Positions 28,553-40,900 of a stretch of 64,000 nt of DNA are shown one piece after another. Under the pieces are notes generated by a model, which was not told the origin of the DNA, did not search any database, and saw nothing but the letters and a program-made list of their open reading frames with translations. Both the position numbers and the translations under genes were made by a program. How positions within the stretch are numbered: position 1 is the stretch's first letter; each line of letters begins with the position of its first letter. Source of the DNA: Octopus sinensis (taxonomy: Eukaryota); the NCBI RefSeq assembly GCF_006345805.1, contig NC_043012.1:44950001-45014000 (forward strand), in the 5' to 3' direction.

Positions 28553-28789
28553 CTCTCTCTCTCTCTCTCTCTTTATATATATATATATATATATATACAT
28601 ATATATAAATAATATTTTATTATTTATAAATTTAACCTTAAAGGTATCTTTTGATATGCTGGCTATTGATAAAAAATTTTTTCCCGAAAAAAATTTTATC
28701 CTACATTAGTTATATATATATATATAAATGTATATACGAGTGGAGAGAAGAAAGGTCATTCAACACATTTATTCATCAAAACAGTTTGA

Positions 28790-29108
28790 TTCAAAATCCT
28801 TGGTACTCCGAATTTCAAAGCCTCATGCCACAGATCGCGTGCAGCATAACAGAGTCAAGCTGATAAAAGTGTTACCGTATTGAACGATTGACCAGCTCAG
28901 AGTTCTGACTTAAATATCATCGAGCAAATGTGGACAGAACTAGGGAAGAGTTCGTCTGAAGAATCTACACAATCTTGAATAGTTGTGGGAGCTCAGCCAC
29001 AGAGAGTGGCATCTCATACCTGTGAAGATGGCGAAGGATTTGCTGGCATCTCTTCCCAGGCGCATTGAAGCAAGTATTCAAGCTAAGGGAAGTTACACGA
29101 AATATTAA
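28790..29108 (+). mobile_element. Tc1-type transposase C-terminal relic
   Basis: Translates as PAQSSDLNIIEQMWTEL...LPRRIEASIQAKGSYTKY*, matching the Tc1 WPxxSPDLNPIE and C-terminal VIxAKGxxTKY motifs. Confidence 0.8.
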
Positions 29109-29111
29109 CGT

Positions 29112-29484
29112 ACTCTTTACTCTCTTTTACTCTCTTTTACTTGTTTCAGTCATTTGACTGCGGCCATGCTGGTGCACCGCCTTTAGTCGAGAAAATCGAT
29201 CCCACGACTTATTCTTTGTAAGCCTAGTACTTATTCTATTGGTCTCTTTTGCCGAACCACTAAGTTACGGAGACATAAACACACCACCATCGGTTGTCAA
29301 GCGATGTTGGGGGAACAAACGATGGGCTTCTTTCAGTTTCTGTCTACCAAATCCACTCACAAGGCTTTGGTTGCCCCGAGGCTATTGAGGCTATAGAAGT
29401 CACTTGCCCAAGGTGTCACGCAGTGGGAATGAACCCGGAACCATGTGGTTGGTAAGCAAGTTACTTACCATACAGCCACTCCTG
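29112..29484 (-). mobile_element. SINE family A lacking the central microsatellite
   Basis: Full head and tail; the spacer is reduced to AACAAAC. Confidence 0.9.
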
Positions 29485-29949
29485 GAACATTATATAATTA
29501 GTTTTCCTTATAGATATTTTTCTGTTATAAAACACTGTATCTTGATTAGTTTACGTGAGGTGGCCGAAAACTTTTGTATGGCCACTAGTGCTAGTTGTCT
29601 CGCATCTTCCCCTCTCGTTCAGAACCCCTGCTACAAAAATACAATAATTAGGATGGAAATGACTCCAACAGGGCAAATGTTTCATCTGTAAAAGAAAAAA
29701 AAAATACAATGCGAAACATCCTCTTATAAGTTGCAATCAGTAGAAATTTGCAATAGTTTAAAATGGCCGAAGAACTTTGCACGATGCTGTGTATATATGC
29801 GTGGATTAAGGTCCCCATTGACATGTCACTGGTATTTATAGAGTGTTAAACACTTTCGGTATGCAAATTAGAGACTCCTTCATAGAGTAACTGCTGCATT
29901 TGTTGAGTATATAAACACTTTGGCTACTTGTTTATCCGGAGAGTGCCAC

Positions 29950-30600
29950 AATGATAAGGGCCCAATAAGGTTCGATTAATCTTTCTCTTTCCTCTTCTAA
30001 TCCTTTTGACCGATACCATTTTTATCTATTATCTATTCTCTTCTCTTTATCTACTTCCCCTACCAGTATATTCTCAAAATTTCATTTACACTACAAGATC
30101 CTTTTGAACGAACAGCACATGGTATTAATATATGCACACTATCCTTTTGAAATAGCAAACTGTCAACTCCTATCGGAATTTACATACCATGGACAAGAAG
30201 CATCTTTACCTATTCTGCACAGCACATTCCTAGCATAATGGAACAGCGACTCTAACATCCAACATGTATTTTTATTCTCATACTTCTCTTTATATTTCCT
30301 GTATCTTTCCCTGTCCAAAATAACTTCTTATATAATGAACCCTACTATTTCCTATTGAAACTCTCTCATATCATCTCTGATGATGGGATATCTTCTACAT
30401 ACATGAAACAGCTGTAAGACTATCTTTCTCTTTATAACTGTCCTAGAAACATCACACTTCCTTGACCTTATTACCTCATTTTATTTAACATATACACGCT
30501 AAAACACGACCCGCATCAGACTCCTCACTCATATTACTATTGAACCGGGAGTCGAACAGCGGTCCTTCAGTAGCACATACCTGCCTTTTGGGTCTTCTGA
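29950..30600 (+). mobile_element. Probable decayed Penelope-like element 3' region with a hammerhead relic at 30374-30419
   Basis: Pyrimidine-rich tail containing TCT-CTGATGA...GAA-ACAGCTGT-A-AGA (palindromic stem III, 3-bp stem I, decayed stem II). Confidence 0.5.
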
Positions 30601-31442
30601 ATGACAAAACCTCTCATATATATATATATAATAGTATACTTGCGCATATATATGAATCTATCTCACTCATTGAAGCAATCTAATATGTATAGAGAAAAAT
30701 GAATGTATATAGATACACTCGCACATAGAAATTAACATGATATATGTACACATACACATGCATACATACAGTAAGCATATTGCTACCCGCATTAGCACAA
30801 ACAACACCTTCTAATTATATAATATACTGGAAAATTCATCTCTGTAGCTTCGTTTGATCCAAGAATGTATAGTTCAATCGTGAGACAGTTGCAATCATTC
30901 AATATAGTAAAGATCAATGTCATATGTTAGAACTTAAAAATTAATTATCGAACCTATAGAACAGATTATTTATTTCCTATTTTATTGCAGCAGAAATATT
31001 CCAACATAGGTCCGGGTAGTAATCAATATTTGTGGAGATTATGTAGTATATGGAGACGGAGAACTGTTGATATGTTATTTAATATATTTACACTTTGTGT
31101 TGAGTCAGGTTGATCGTTGATCAAAGTCATGTGTTACGAACTTATAAGCTACATAATAGTTATATACGAATATAAGTATTGTATATCTATATACACCCCT
31201 AAAAATGCCACTCTGTACATTGTATACCAATTAACAATTCTGTGCAAATGATTATCTTTGGGAAATATATATTAATATACTATTAGATAATTGAATGTTA
31301 GAAACAAAAGAATCTTAGATTAAATGTCAGCAGAAACGCCAACATGGGTCAAATTGTTTTTAGCTGTTAATAACAAAAGATCTAGTGTTAAATTGATCAG
31401 TTCAAATACAACTCTCGTTTACCCGTGTCTTATATCTGCTAT

Positions 31443-31695
31443 CTATTGCTTGTTTCAGTCATTACACTGCGGCCATGCTGGAGCACCGTCTTGAAGAAAT
31501 TTTAGTCGAATGGATCGACCCCAGTACGTATCTTTTGTTAAGCCTGGTATTTAGTCTGTTTTTTTTTTATACCGAACCGCTAATTTACGGAGACGCAAAC
31601 GCACTAACACCGGTTGTCAAGCGGTACTGGGAGACAAACACAGATACAAAGACACATGGTATAATAGAAGATACTTGCTGAAGGTGTCTCGTAGC
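31443..31695 (-). mobile_element. SINE family A, partial
   Basis: Tail GTTTCAGTCATT..GCGGCCATGCTGGAGCACC and body. Confidence 0.8.
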
Positions 31696-32869
31696 AATTT
31701 CAGATTCCCATATTATTCAAAATAAACTTTTAGCCCTTTCCTTGACCGAAGTATTTTCATGTTCTTAGTAATATAACGCATTCCTTTCATAAGTCCGAAG
31801 TTACTCTAGCGGTTGAGATAAATTTCGAATGTCTATTATATATATATGATGCATGGCCAAAATAATATGTGAATAATATGTAACATTCTGAAGGAGGTAT
31901 GTTTGTGTTGCCCTATTTCTCATATGCTTCTATGTTTTAATGATTTCTAAGTATAGGACTATAGCCCTCTTGATGAGCCAAGTTCAAAATATTGGCCTCT
32001 CATTGATTTCAGTCCTGATTTCAACCCGTAAATTCAAATACATTTTCAAATATAGAACTTGTCCTCTAATCTGTATGTGAGATCTGAGAAATACAAAGTC
32101 CATCATAGCAGTCGATGTATAACCACGTTATCAAGGAAAAATTGACAGAAAGTCGTGCATGTTCTAGGAGGCGGACGCTTCAAATTCTACTTGGCAAATA
32201 GATCATTCAGATACACACAAATGAATTTATATACAGGCATTTGCACACACACGCACATACATACAAACACACACACAGACACACGTATATATGCATATAT
32301 TTATTAGTGTGTGTGTTTATTTGAATATGTATAGTTCACAGACACCATTGTAGACATTTCATTCAGAGCAACGTCAATCATCGATTCATTTAGCAATCAA
32401 CCAACAACGAAAAGGAGTGATTCATGATGATTATTCTAGAATCAAGTAAATTTTGATAATTCTTTTTGCCACTTTATTAGCAAGTAAGTTCACTGTTGCT
32501 TGTTGTTTACATTGTATATTTAAACAAGAACAAAAAAAAATGACAATGCGTAAAGAAAAAAAATACAAAACCAAATTCAAGACAAAAATAGAAAAAAATT
32601 ATCTACGAATGTTTCATTAATAACAATAATAAACAGTTATTTAATATCATTTTGTTGTTATTTCTGCAGGAAGTTTGATTTGAATAATGTCGAATAATGA
32701 ACATAATTAAAAAGCACAGTTTTATATGCCATACACACATACGTCAATACACGCATTCATATATACATGTTAGGCAGAATCACACACAAAAATAAGCAGA
32801 CATTGCTTTTGTTATTCACTTTTGCTTTTCACCCACTAAACGTAAGCGTCATGTGTGCGCCATTCCATA

Positions 32870-32912
32870 TATGTGTATGTATGTGAGTGTGTGTATGTGT
32901 GCGCGCGTGTGA

Positions 32913-32960
<48 letters not shown>

Positions 32961-32997
32961 TATATATATATACATGCATATATACATGTATATTATG

Positions 32998-33035
<38 letters not shown>

Positions 33036-33283
33036 ATATATATATACATACATACATACATGTATATATATGCATGTTAATGTGTGTATATATATGTATA
33101 TAGAAATAAATAAATATATATATATGTGTATATTTATATATATGCATATACGTATATGCCTATATATATATATATTAATATATATATGAGGGTATACGTG
33201 TATATAGACAGATATATATATATGTATGTATATGTATATGTATGTATATATGTATGTATGCATCTCTCTCTTTCTATATATAT

Positions 33284-33357
<74 letters not shown>

Positions 33358-33365
33358 TATATACA
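32870..33365. repeat. Long compound (TA)n/(TG)n microsatellite field
   Basis: Direct reading. Confidence 0.9.
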
Positions 33366-33632
33366 TCCGAGATGCTGCACACACAGAAATACTTAAACGG
33401 ATAAATGAATATGTGTGTAATTATTCACTATTCTTTCCTTCTACCCATCCAAATATAACTAAAAGCATATTATACGTGTTATGTATTTATACATGAGTAG
33501 ATAATTTGGTATACTGTCACTCGGCATGAACATTTAACACCATTTACACATCTTGACGCACGTATATATACATACCTTTGCGTGTGTTTCTCTCCAGACA
33601 CGCACACACACACACACACACATATATACGTA

Positions 33633-34407
33633 CAGGGTGCGGTGAATAAATTGTCGTCTAAATTACGCAAAAATGAAAACAACACATCTCATTTTAACAT
33701 GTATTTACCAAAGTTACATAAAGTTCTCGAAATACTAAAGAGTAAATTTATTCAATAAAATCACTATTGGCTTCAACCACGGCCTCCAGACGACTTCGGA
33801 ATCTCCTGCAACCCTTCTGGACGGTCTCCTTGTTTAAGTTAGTAAATGCTGCCCTGATCCCTGCCTTCAGTTCATCTTTGGCTTCACAAAGAGTTTTGTT
33901 GGTCTCTCGTTTAACTGCGCCCCACATATAATAATCAAGGGGGTTCAACACATAATAATCCGGGGAGTTAGGTCGCCAGATGTTAGGGGTAATGTGGTCG
34001 CAGAAATTGTCTGACAGTCATGTCTAGGTTCTCTCGCTTGTGTAGCATTGTGCAGAATCTTGTTGCTAGACAGGATCTTCCAGCAGCCACCCTCTTTACC
34101 CAGCGCAGCACTATCTTCTCCAAGCACTTGATGTAGGCCTCGGTGTTCAGTCTGAGGCATAAGGTCGCCATCATAACTGATCACTCCAAACACCATGTTC
34201 GTATTGAAGTTTCCGGCGCAAATGCCAAGCACCACAGCATGTCGTTTCCAACTTTCTGGCAGAGTAAATTGCGTCATGGAGCCGTTTTTCTCACAGACGG
34301 TGTCCAACTGACCCTACCATACTGTGTAGTCGACAAAATCAAAAATAATCAATGCCTACACGCGAAATTAAAAATATGAAATGGCTACAATTATCCATAG
34401 CACCCTG
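33633..34407 (-). mobile_element. Internally deleted maT (DD37D-like) Tc1/mariner element with both TIRs
   Basis: TIRs CAGGGTGCGGTGAATAAATTG and CAGGGTGCTATGGATAATTG with TA flanks (33631-32, 34408-09). Relic reads WRPNSP..NPLDYYMWGAVKRETN...RSRLEAVVEANSDFIE. Confidence 0.85.
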
Positions 34408-34419
34408 TATATCTGTGCA

Positions 34420-36050
34420 TATGCTGTGGAAAATGAGTCAGACAAACGGCGACCACAGCTGCTCACCGTCAAGAAAATGCTGGTGATACCATGGCCTGAA
34501 CGCATGTCTGCGTATCAGCAACCACAGCATGCCCAGCCCTCCATCCAGCACCTGTTGACTGCAGATGGAGCACCTGACGAGTGGAACGCTCCCTTCTACA
34601 GAAAGCGGAGAGTAAGCGCACCAGCTTGATCAACTAGCAAAAGGGACAAGGGAAGGTGGTCAAGCGGCAATAGATAACGGATGCGATCTACGCATTCGTC
34701 ACCTCTGCTCGAACTTTCAGGGACAGCTTCCTCTCGGCCCATTTCTGGGTGAGATTAGCTACCCTGCTCGTCACCTCGTCCCTGGTTTTCTCCACCTGGC
34801 GGTCTGGACCAAACCAGACTGCGTGCAGTTTAACCGGACCGTCTGTCCAGCGCCCCACGACGCTGTTGGACAACATGTACTTGTCTCTCTAGGTGCCCCT
34901 GACATTTATGCAAACTATTTTGAGCATCACCATACTAAAAAATAATCCTTTAGAACGGAGAAGAGCTCTACTTACACTGTTGTCTGACAGGGTTGCCCCC
35001 CTGGTCATTGGTGTGAGCGTTTCCACTAGGATTTTTATAAAGTCTTTTGGAGAAGGTCTTTTGGAAAGAGACAACAGCATTTGGAAAATTTATTTTCAAA
35101 GTGTTGTATGTTTCTTGAGTCATTTAAAACATTTTGTATGTGTGGTGGTGTTGCATTTGTGTTGGGAAGACAAAGTCTTCCATTGTTTTCTCTAATGTGT
35201 GTAACAAGATTTATGTTGCCCGTGTTGATGGCTGTGAGGTTGGTGTTGTTTGTGCAGTCTGTGTTGTATAGCGTTGGTGTTTGAAGTGGTAGTACTGGTG
35301 GAGGTGATGTTGTTGTTGGTTGTTGTGTGTGTGTCTTGCTGTTGTTGGAAAGTTCCTCTTGCTTGCACCTTCCTCTTTTTTCTCCTACTGTCTTTTTCTT
35401 TCCTTTTTGCGGGTGGGGTGGACTATCTGCCACCCTCCTTCTCTGTACTCGAACAGTCCGAGGTGTTTTTGTCGGGAAAGGGGATTTTCCGGGACTTGGT
35501 TTTGTTGGGGTTTCTCTATTGCTGCTGCTATTGCTTTAGTAGCTGTTGGTGGTGATGTTATTGCTGCTGGTACTCTGGCTGGTGGCGGTGGTAATTCGGC
35601 TGGTACCTTTGTCGTTGGTGTTAGTGGTGCCATGGCGACGGCTGGAGGCAGCATCGCTGCTGTTGCTGCTGCTGGTGATGGCATTGGTGTTTGGGGTGGT
35701 TTCCGCTGTTGCTGTTGTCGCTGCTGCTGTATTGGAGGAGCCCCTGATTCTGGTGTCGGTGCTGGTTTCGACGCCCCTCCTTGTATTTGGGGCATTCGAC
35801 CTTAAGGTGCTGAACGTTTCCACAATAATAGCAACTCGGTGTCCTGCCCTTCGAAATCTTCGTTTTCATTTCAATAGATAGTACTCTATCAAATTCTAAT
35901 ACTCCTGTTATTACCAGAGTTTCTTCGTAAACTCCTGTCTCTCATCATTCTTCTTATTACTATGAAGAATCAGACGAAGAGAGCAGCCCTCCACGAATCT
36001 CAGCTTAAAGACTGCCATGTGACCAGAACACGCAGATGTTTGAAGAAATA
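34420..36050 (-). mobile_element. L1/Tx1-clade element: ORF1 with CCHC knuckle plus a collapsed ORF2
   Basis: ORF1 has CYYCGNVQHLKVECP (CX2CX4HX4C) and a Pro/Ala/Gln linker. ORF2 start MVMLKIVCINVRG (34933) is fused to RT-thumb-like VWFGPD..WAERKLSLKVRAEV..GGLGM. Confidence 0.85.
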
Positions 36051-36384
36051 ATTTGTAATGAATCTGATAAACATAATCAGGAAAGTGGCAAAGAAACATT
36101 ATTTAAAGATCCACATTTGCTGAAGAACACAGAATCTATGATAGAAATAAAGCAGAAAATCGAGAATAGGCTTGCACTTGTAATCCATGCCAATATGCAT
36201 GATAAAGTAACACTTCATAAACTCTCAAATACAATCCAAAATAAAAAAAAAAAAAATTGGCAACTATGTAACAAAAGAAATCATACAAGTTTTAAACTCT
36301 GATCTCACTGAGTTAAATGAAATTAGTTACGCATCTGCTATGACAATTGAAACCTTTTCCTCTTTCTTCTCCGTTTTTCTTACA

Positions 36385-36386
<2 letters not shown>

Positions 36387-36480
<94 letters not shown>
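36387..36480. repeat. Perfect (TA)n array
   Basis: Direct reading; abuts a SINE A half. Confidence 0.95.
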
Positions 36481-36482
<2 letters not shown>

Positions 36483-36646
36483 GACGGGCTTCTTTCAGTT
36501 TCCATCTACCAAATCCACTCATAAGGCTTTGGTCGGCCCGAGGCTATAGTAGAATATACTTGCCCAAGGTGCCACGCAGTGGGACTGAACCCGGAACCAT
36601 GTGGTTGGTAAGCAAGCTACTTACCACACAGATACTCCTGCGCCTA
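36481..36646 (-). mobile_element. SINE family A, 5' half (low divergence)
   Basis: Near-identical to the 43369 head. Confidence 0.9.
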
Positions 36647-36853
36647 CAATAAGTTTATGATTCAAATTCTTCAAATTATTGCTAAATTTAAATACACGCT
36701 GACAATGTTTTGTTGTTTTTGGGAAATGAGGTCTCCCCAGGGCATGTACACGAGGCTTTAACTGGACTTCATATAACAGGCAACTAAAATGTATTCTTAC
36801 TTGAACATTTGAGAAAACATACTATTTTATTTAAAATGTAATTTAATTTAATT

Positions 36854-37305
36854 CAGTTCTATATTTAAGAGATGAGGAATTATGTACATTATTTTCATTA
36901 TTTACATTATTTACATTTGATGGATATTTGGCCTCATCTTGCTTGTTGTTAATACAGCATTTCGGCTGATGTACCCTCCAACCTTGATCAGGTCTCTTGG
37001 GCAAATTTCGAACCTGGGTTCTCATTCCTAAGGAATTTTCGATCTTCTTCTTCTTCTTCTTCTTCTTCTTCTTCTTTTCTTCTTCTTCTTCTTCTTCATC
37101 GTCATCATCATCGTCATCATCTTCTTCTTCTTCTTCTTCTTCTTCTTCTTCTTCTCTTCTTCTCTTCTTCTCTTCTTCTTCTTCTTCTTCTTCTTCTTTT
37201 CTTCTTCTTCTTCTTCTTCTTCTTCTTCTTCTTCTTCAGGTCACTGCCTGGAATCGAACTCGGAATCTTGGGGTTAGTAGCACACGCTCTTAACCACCAC
37301 GCCAT
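36854..37305 (-). mobile_element. Composite SINE: tRNA head, (GAA/GAT)n spacer, hammerhead-bearing body and TAAATAATG tail
   Basis: A box TGGCGTGGTGG and B box GAGTTCGATTCC (37245-37303); simple repeat at 37043-37238; hammerhead-like motif at 36952-36995. Confidence 0.7.
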
Positions 37306-38586
37306 ATGTGAACATCCCTTTACTATCAATGACCTCCTGACATTTGTTACAACAAGGCTGAATTAATTTCTTGCAAAATATAATATTATTCCATTCGTTT
37401 TTCAATAATTTCCCATCTCAAATAATTTTCCAAACGTTTTCTATACGGCTGCGATCGGGACTTTGAGGTGGCCAGTACATGAGATCAACCCATTCATCAC
37501 CCATAAAATCTTTGACGCTTCGCAGTGTGACAAGGAACGTTGTCCTGCACGGAGATAGGACGTTGGAATGACAAGGATCGGAGATGTGGAAGGGCATGCT
37601 GTCTAAGAATCTGCTTGTAGATTTCAGCATTGACAGTTCCTTGTAGGCGAATAAGTGGACCAGATCCAGCAGCAGAAATCACTCCCTATACTGCCTCCTC
37701 CATATTTCACTGTCTTCTCTACACATGCACAAGATAACCTTTTGCCACTTCTTCGTCGGACGTGCATTCCACCATCGGAACCAGTCACATTAAACTTCGA
37801 TTCATCGCTAAAATGAACCTGCGACCACTGTTCTTCTATCGAAACGACATGTTCGTGAGCGAAAATAAGACAGGCTCTTTGAAACTTCTTGGAGATCAGA
37901 GGTTTCTTTGCCGGTGCCCGTGCAAGCAACCCAGAAGCTCGTAACCTCTGAGAAACCGTTTTGCAAGATACGTTGACATCGCAAATGGAGCTAAACTCGC
38001 GGGATGTCTCAGCGGCATTCTTAAACCTATCCTTCAGTGACACTCTAACGATCCTGTCTTGGTGAAGTTTTACGAGGTCTACCGGTTTTTGGTTTAGCAT
38101 CTGCCGATCCTGATGACTTAAAGCGAGTTGCAATACACTGCACAACACTTCTAGACCTTCCTACAGTAGTTGGCATCACAGAATTTGACTTGACCTCTTG
38201 GTGAAGGCACACAGTCCTTTGTTTTTCACCACAGGACACCGGTTGTTTCTCACAAGCCGCCATGTTGACAATTGAATGTTCCAATAATGTAAGATCATAA
38301 GAAGTGAGTGTTAGTCCATTAACAGTCTTCAAAACAACAAATACCTTGGTTAGGAGTTAATCTTTTTCTAAGTGACATTTAACTCTCGGCTGCTGCAATT
38401 TGGAAGATTGTTTGTTTAGTTCCTCATGACTTACGAAATATTTATTCCGTTCACTTGAAATTTTCACGAAAGTTAGATATTAGATGTATCTAAATATGTG
38501 TAAAATATCTAGTCTCAACGTGTTGTTAATCTATAACTATTTTAATACACTTGTTCTCACGGACTCTTATATTATAGCCGGTACTG
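37306..38586 (-). mobile_element. Tc1 (DD34E-type) transposon with pseudogenised transposase
   Basis: ATG at 38263; GRPRKTS, FSDESKFN, QDNVPCHTAK, WPPQSPD..IENVWKII and C-terminal EVIDSKG. One TIR-like end CAGTACCGGCTATAATATAAGAG at 38586; the other end is not found. Confidence 0.9.
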
Positions 38587-38887
38587 TTTATAGCCCTCCC
38601 ATTATTAAATAATATATTCAACATGAAATATAAATATGTAGAAATCTAGGCGAGGAAAGAAAAATCTCATTCTTTTCAGAATCAGTGAGAAAGGGAAAGA
38701 CGAATATGAATGAAGTACAATGATTTCAACGATACATATATGTTGCAAAATTCATGTTAAATGCGACTAAGTTTTACTTGGCGTCTTAAAGAACCGGCAC
38801 TTTAAACTGACATGCAAAACTTTAAGGTCCCAGGCAATGAGAATGTTTCATAAATTTTACTGAGCTCGCAATGTTTAGTCTCCCCCT

Positions 38888-39455
38888 AAGGAGGCGAGCT
38901 GGCAGAAACGTTAGTACACCGGGCGAAATGCTTGGCGGTATTCTGTCTGCCGCTACGTTCTGAGTTCAAATTCCGCCGTGGTCGACTTTGCCTTACATCC
39001 TTTCGGGGTCGATTAAATAAGTACCAGTTACGCACTGGGGTCGATATAATCGACGTAATCCGTTTGTCTGTCCTTGTTTGTTTGTCCTCTCTGTGTTTAG
39101 CTCCTTGTGAGTAATAAAGAAATAGGTATTTCGTCTGCCGTTACGTTCTGAGTTCAAATTTCGCCGAGGTCGACTTTGCCTTTCATCCTTTCGGGGTCGA
39201 TAAATCAAGTACCAGTTACGCCCTGGGGTCGATGTAATTGACTTAATCCCTTTGTATGTCCTTGTTTGTCCCTTCTATGTTTAGCCTCTTTTGGGCAATA
39301 AAGAAATAAGAAACGTTGGCAAACCTAGGCAAAAGGCTTAACGGCATTTCATTCATCTGCACGTTCTGAGATCAATATCAGCCAAGGTCGACTTTGCCTT
39401 TCATCCTGTCGGGGTCGATAATTCAAGAAACGGTTGCGCACTGGGATCGACGTAA
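38888..39455 (+). mobile_element. SINE family B head-to-tail trimer
   Basis: Full first unit; second unit from 39125 (period 188); diverged third unit from about 39310. Confidence 0.9.
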
Positions 39456-40243
39456 CCTGGTTGTTATATGTATTCTCACGAGCATGCATTTCTTGTTTAT
39501 TTTGAACTGTCAAATTTTGACTCCACTAAACATTATGAAAGTTCATATAAATATTAATAAATCATTATTTTTATAATTATTTATTACCTGTCTTTTGAGA
39601 AATCTTAAAATTTCGTCGAAAATTTCAATTTCTGTTGATTAATAATGTTTTCGATAAATTTCCGTCTCAAGCAATACCTTTTACCACCCATGTCTTTTCT
39701 TAGATGTTTTTCAAACATTTAGTTTTTCAGCTACTATATTGTATACCAACAGGCTTTCGACCAATGTATTGAAGGAGTGTTACTAGATCTATACATATCT
39801 TATCGAAATAAGAGATACAGAAATATAAAAGGAAGACCGTTGCAATAAATTTAAGCCAAATTTTGAACTAAGGATTTTGAATTCAGATGCTCCGTTATGA
39901 CATTTGATTCTGTGCTGATAATCCAATATACACACAAAACATATGCTTGCAACTATACAGGTATCTGTGTATATAAATCAAGACAAATATAAAATTTCCG
40001 CTCAAATTTGTGTACTTGTTTATTTTAGTAATTATGTGCCGGTATAGTTATGTGCTGAAGATGTCTTTTTGCGACCATGTTAAGCTGATAAATATATATT
40101 GTAGTATACCTAGCTGTATAAATTAGATCCTTTAAACCGTTTGTTTATTGACTTCATAATATAAGTACTAAGCAACATACATTATACAATATAATTTGCT
40201 GTTAGGTCCATATCATACTCAAAACATGCAGTGGATCAATCCA

Positions 40244-40260
40244 TATCTATCTTATCTATC

Positions 40261-40354
<94 letters not shown>

Positions 40355-40355
40355 G

Positions 40356-40386
<31 letters not shown>

Positions 40387-40387
40387 G

Positions 40388-40474
<87 letters not shown>

Positions 40475-40900
40475 GTCTGTCTGTCTGTCTGTCTGTCCTC
40501 TGTCTGTCTGTCTGTCTGCCTGCCTATTTGTCTGTTAACTTGAGCGAAGCTACAAAATGAAATCTACGTGCAGAAACAAATAGGTAGATACATAGTCGTA
40601 AAGATTAATGGACAAATAGACAGACAGATAAAGGGGCAAACAGATATATATATATATATATATATATATAGATAGTTAGATAGATAGATAGACAGAAAGA
40701 CAGACAGACAGATAGATAGAAAGATAGATAGACAGACGGATAGACAAACAGATATATAGAAAGATAGATATACAGACAGATAGACAGACAGATAGATGGA
40801 TATATAGATAGGTAGATAGATAGATAGATATATAGATAGATAGATAGGTAGCTAGATAGATATATACATAGGTAGATAGATAGATAGGTAGGTTGACATG
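40244..40900. repeat. (TCTA/TCTG)n array followed by its reverse-complement (TAGA/CAGA)n array
   Basis: Arrays at 40244-40515 and about 40615-40900. Confidence 0.9.

Noticed and set aside
31055-31080. GACGGAGAACTG resembling miR-184
   Set aside because: Only 12 nt match, the 3' half differs and there is no complementary arm.
38888-39455. Regularly spaced repeats that might suggest a CRISPR array
   Set aside because: These are whole 184-188-bp SINE units without unique spacers, in eukaryotic DNA with no cas genes.
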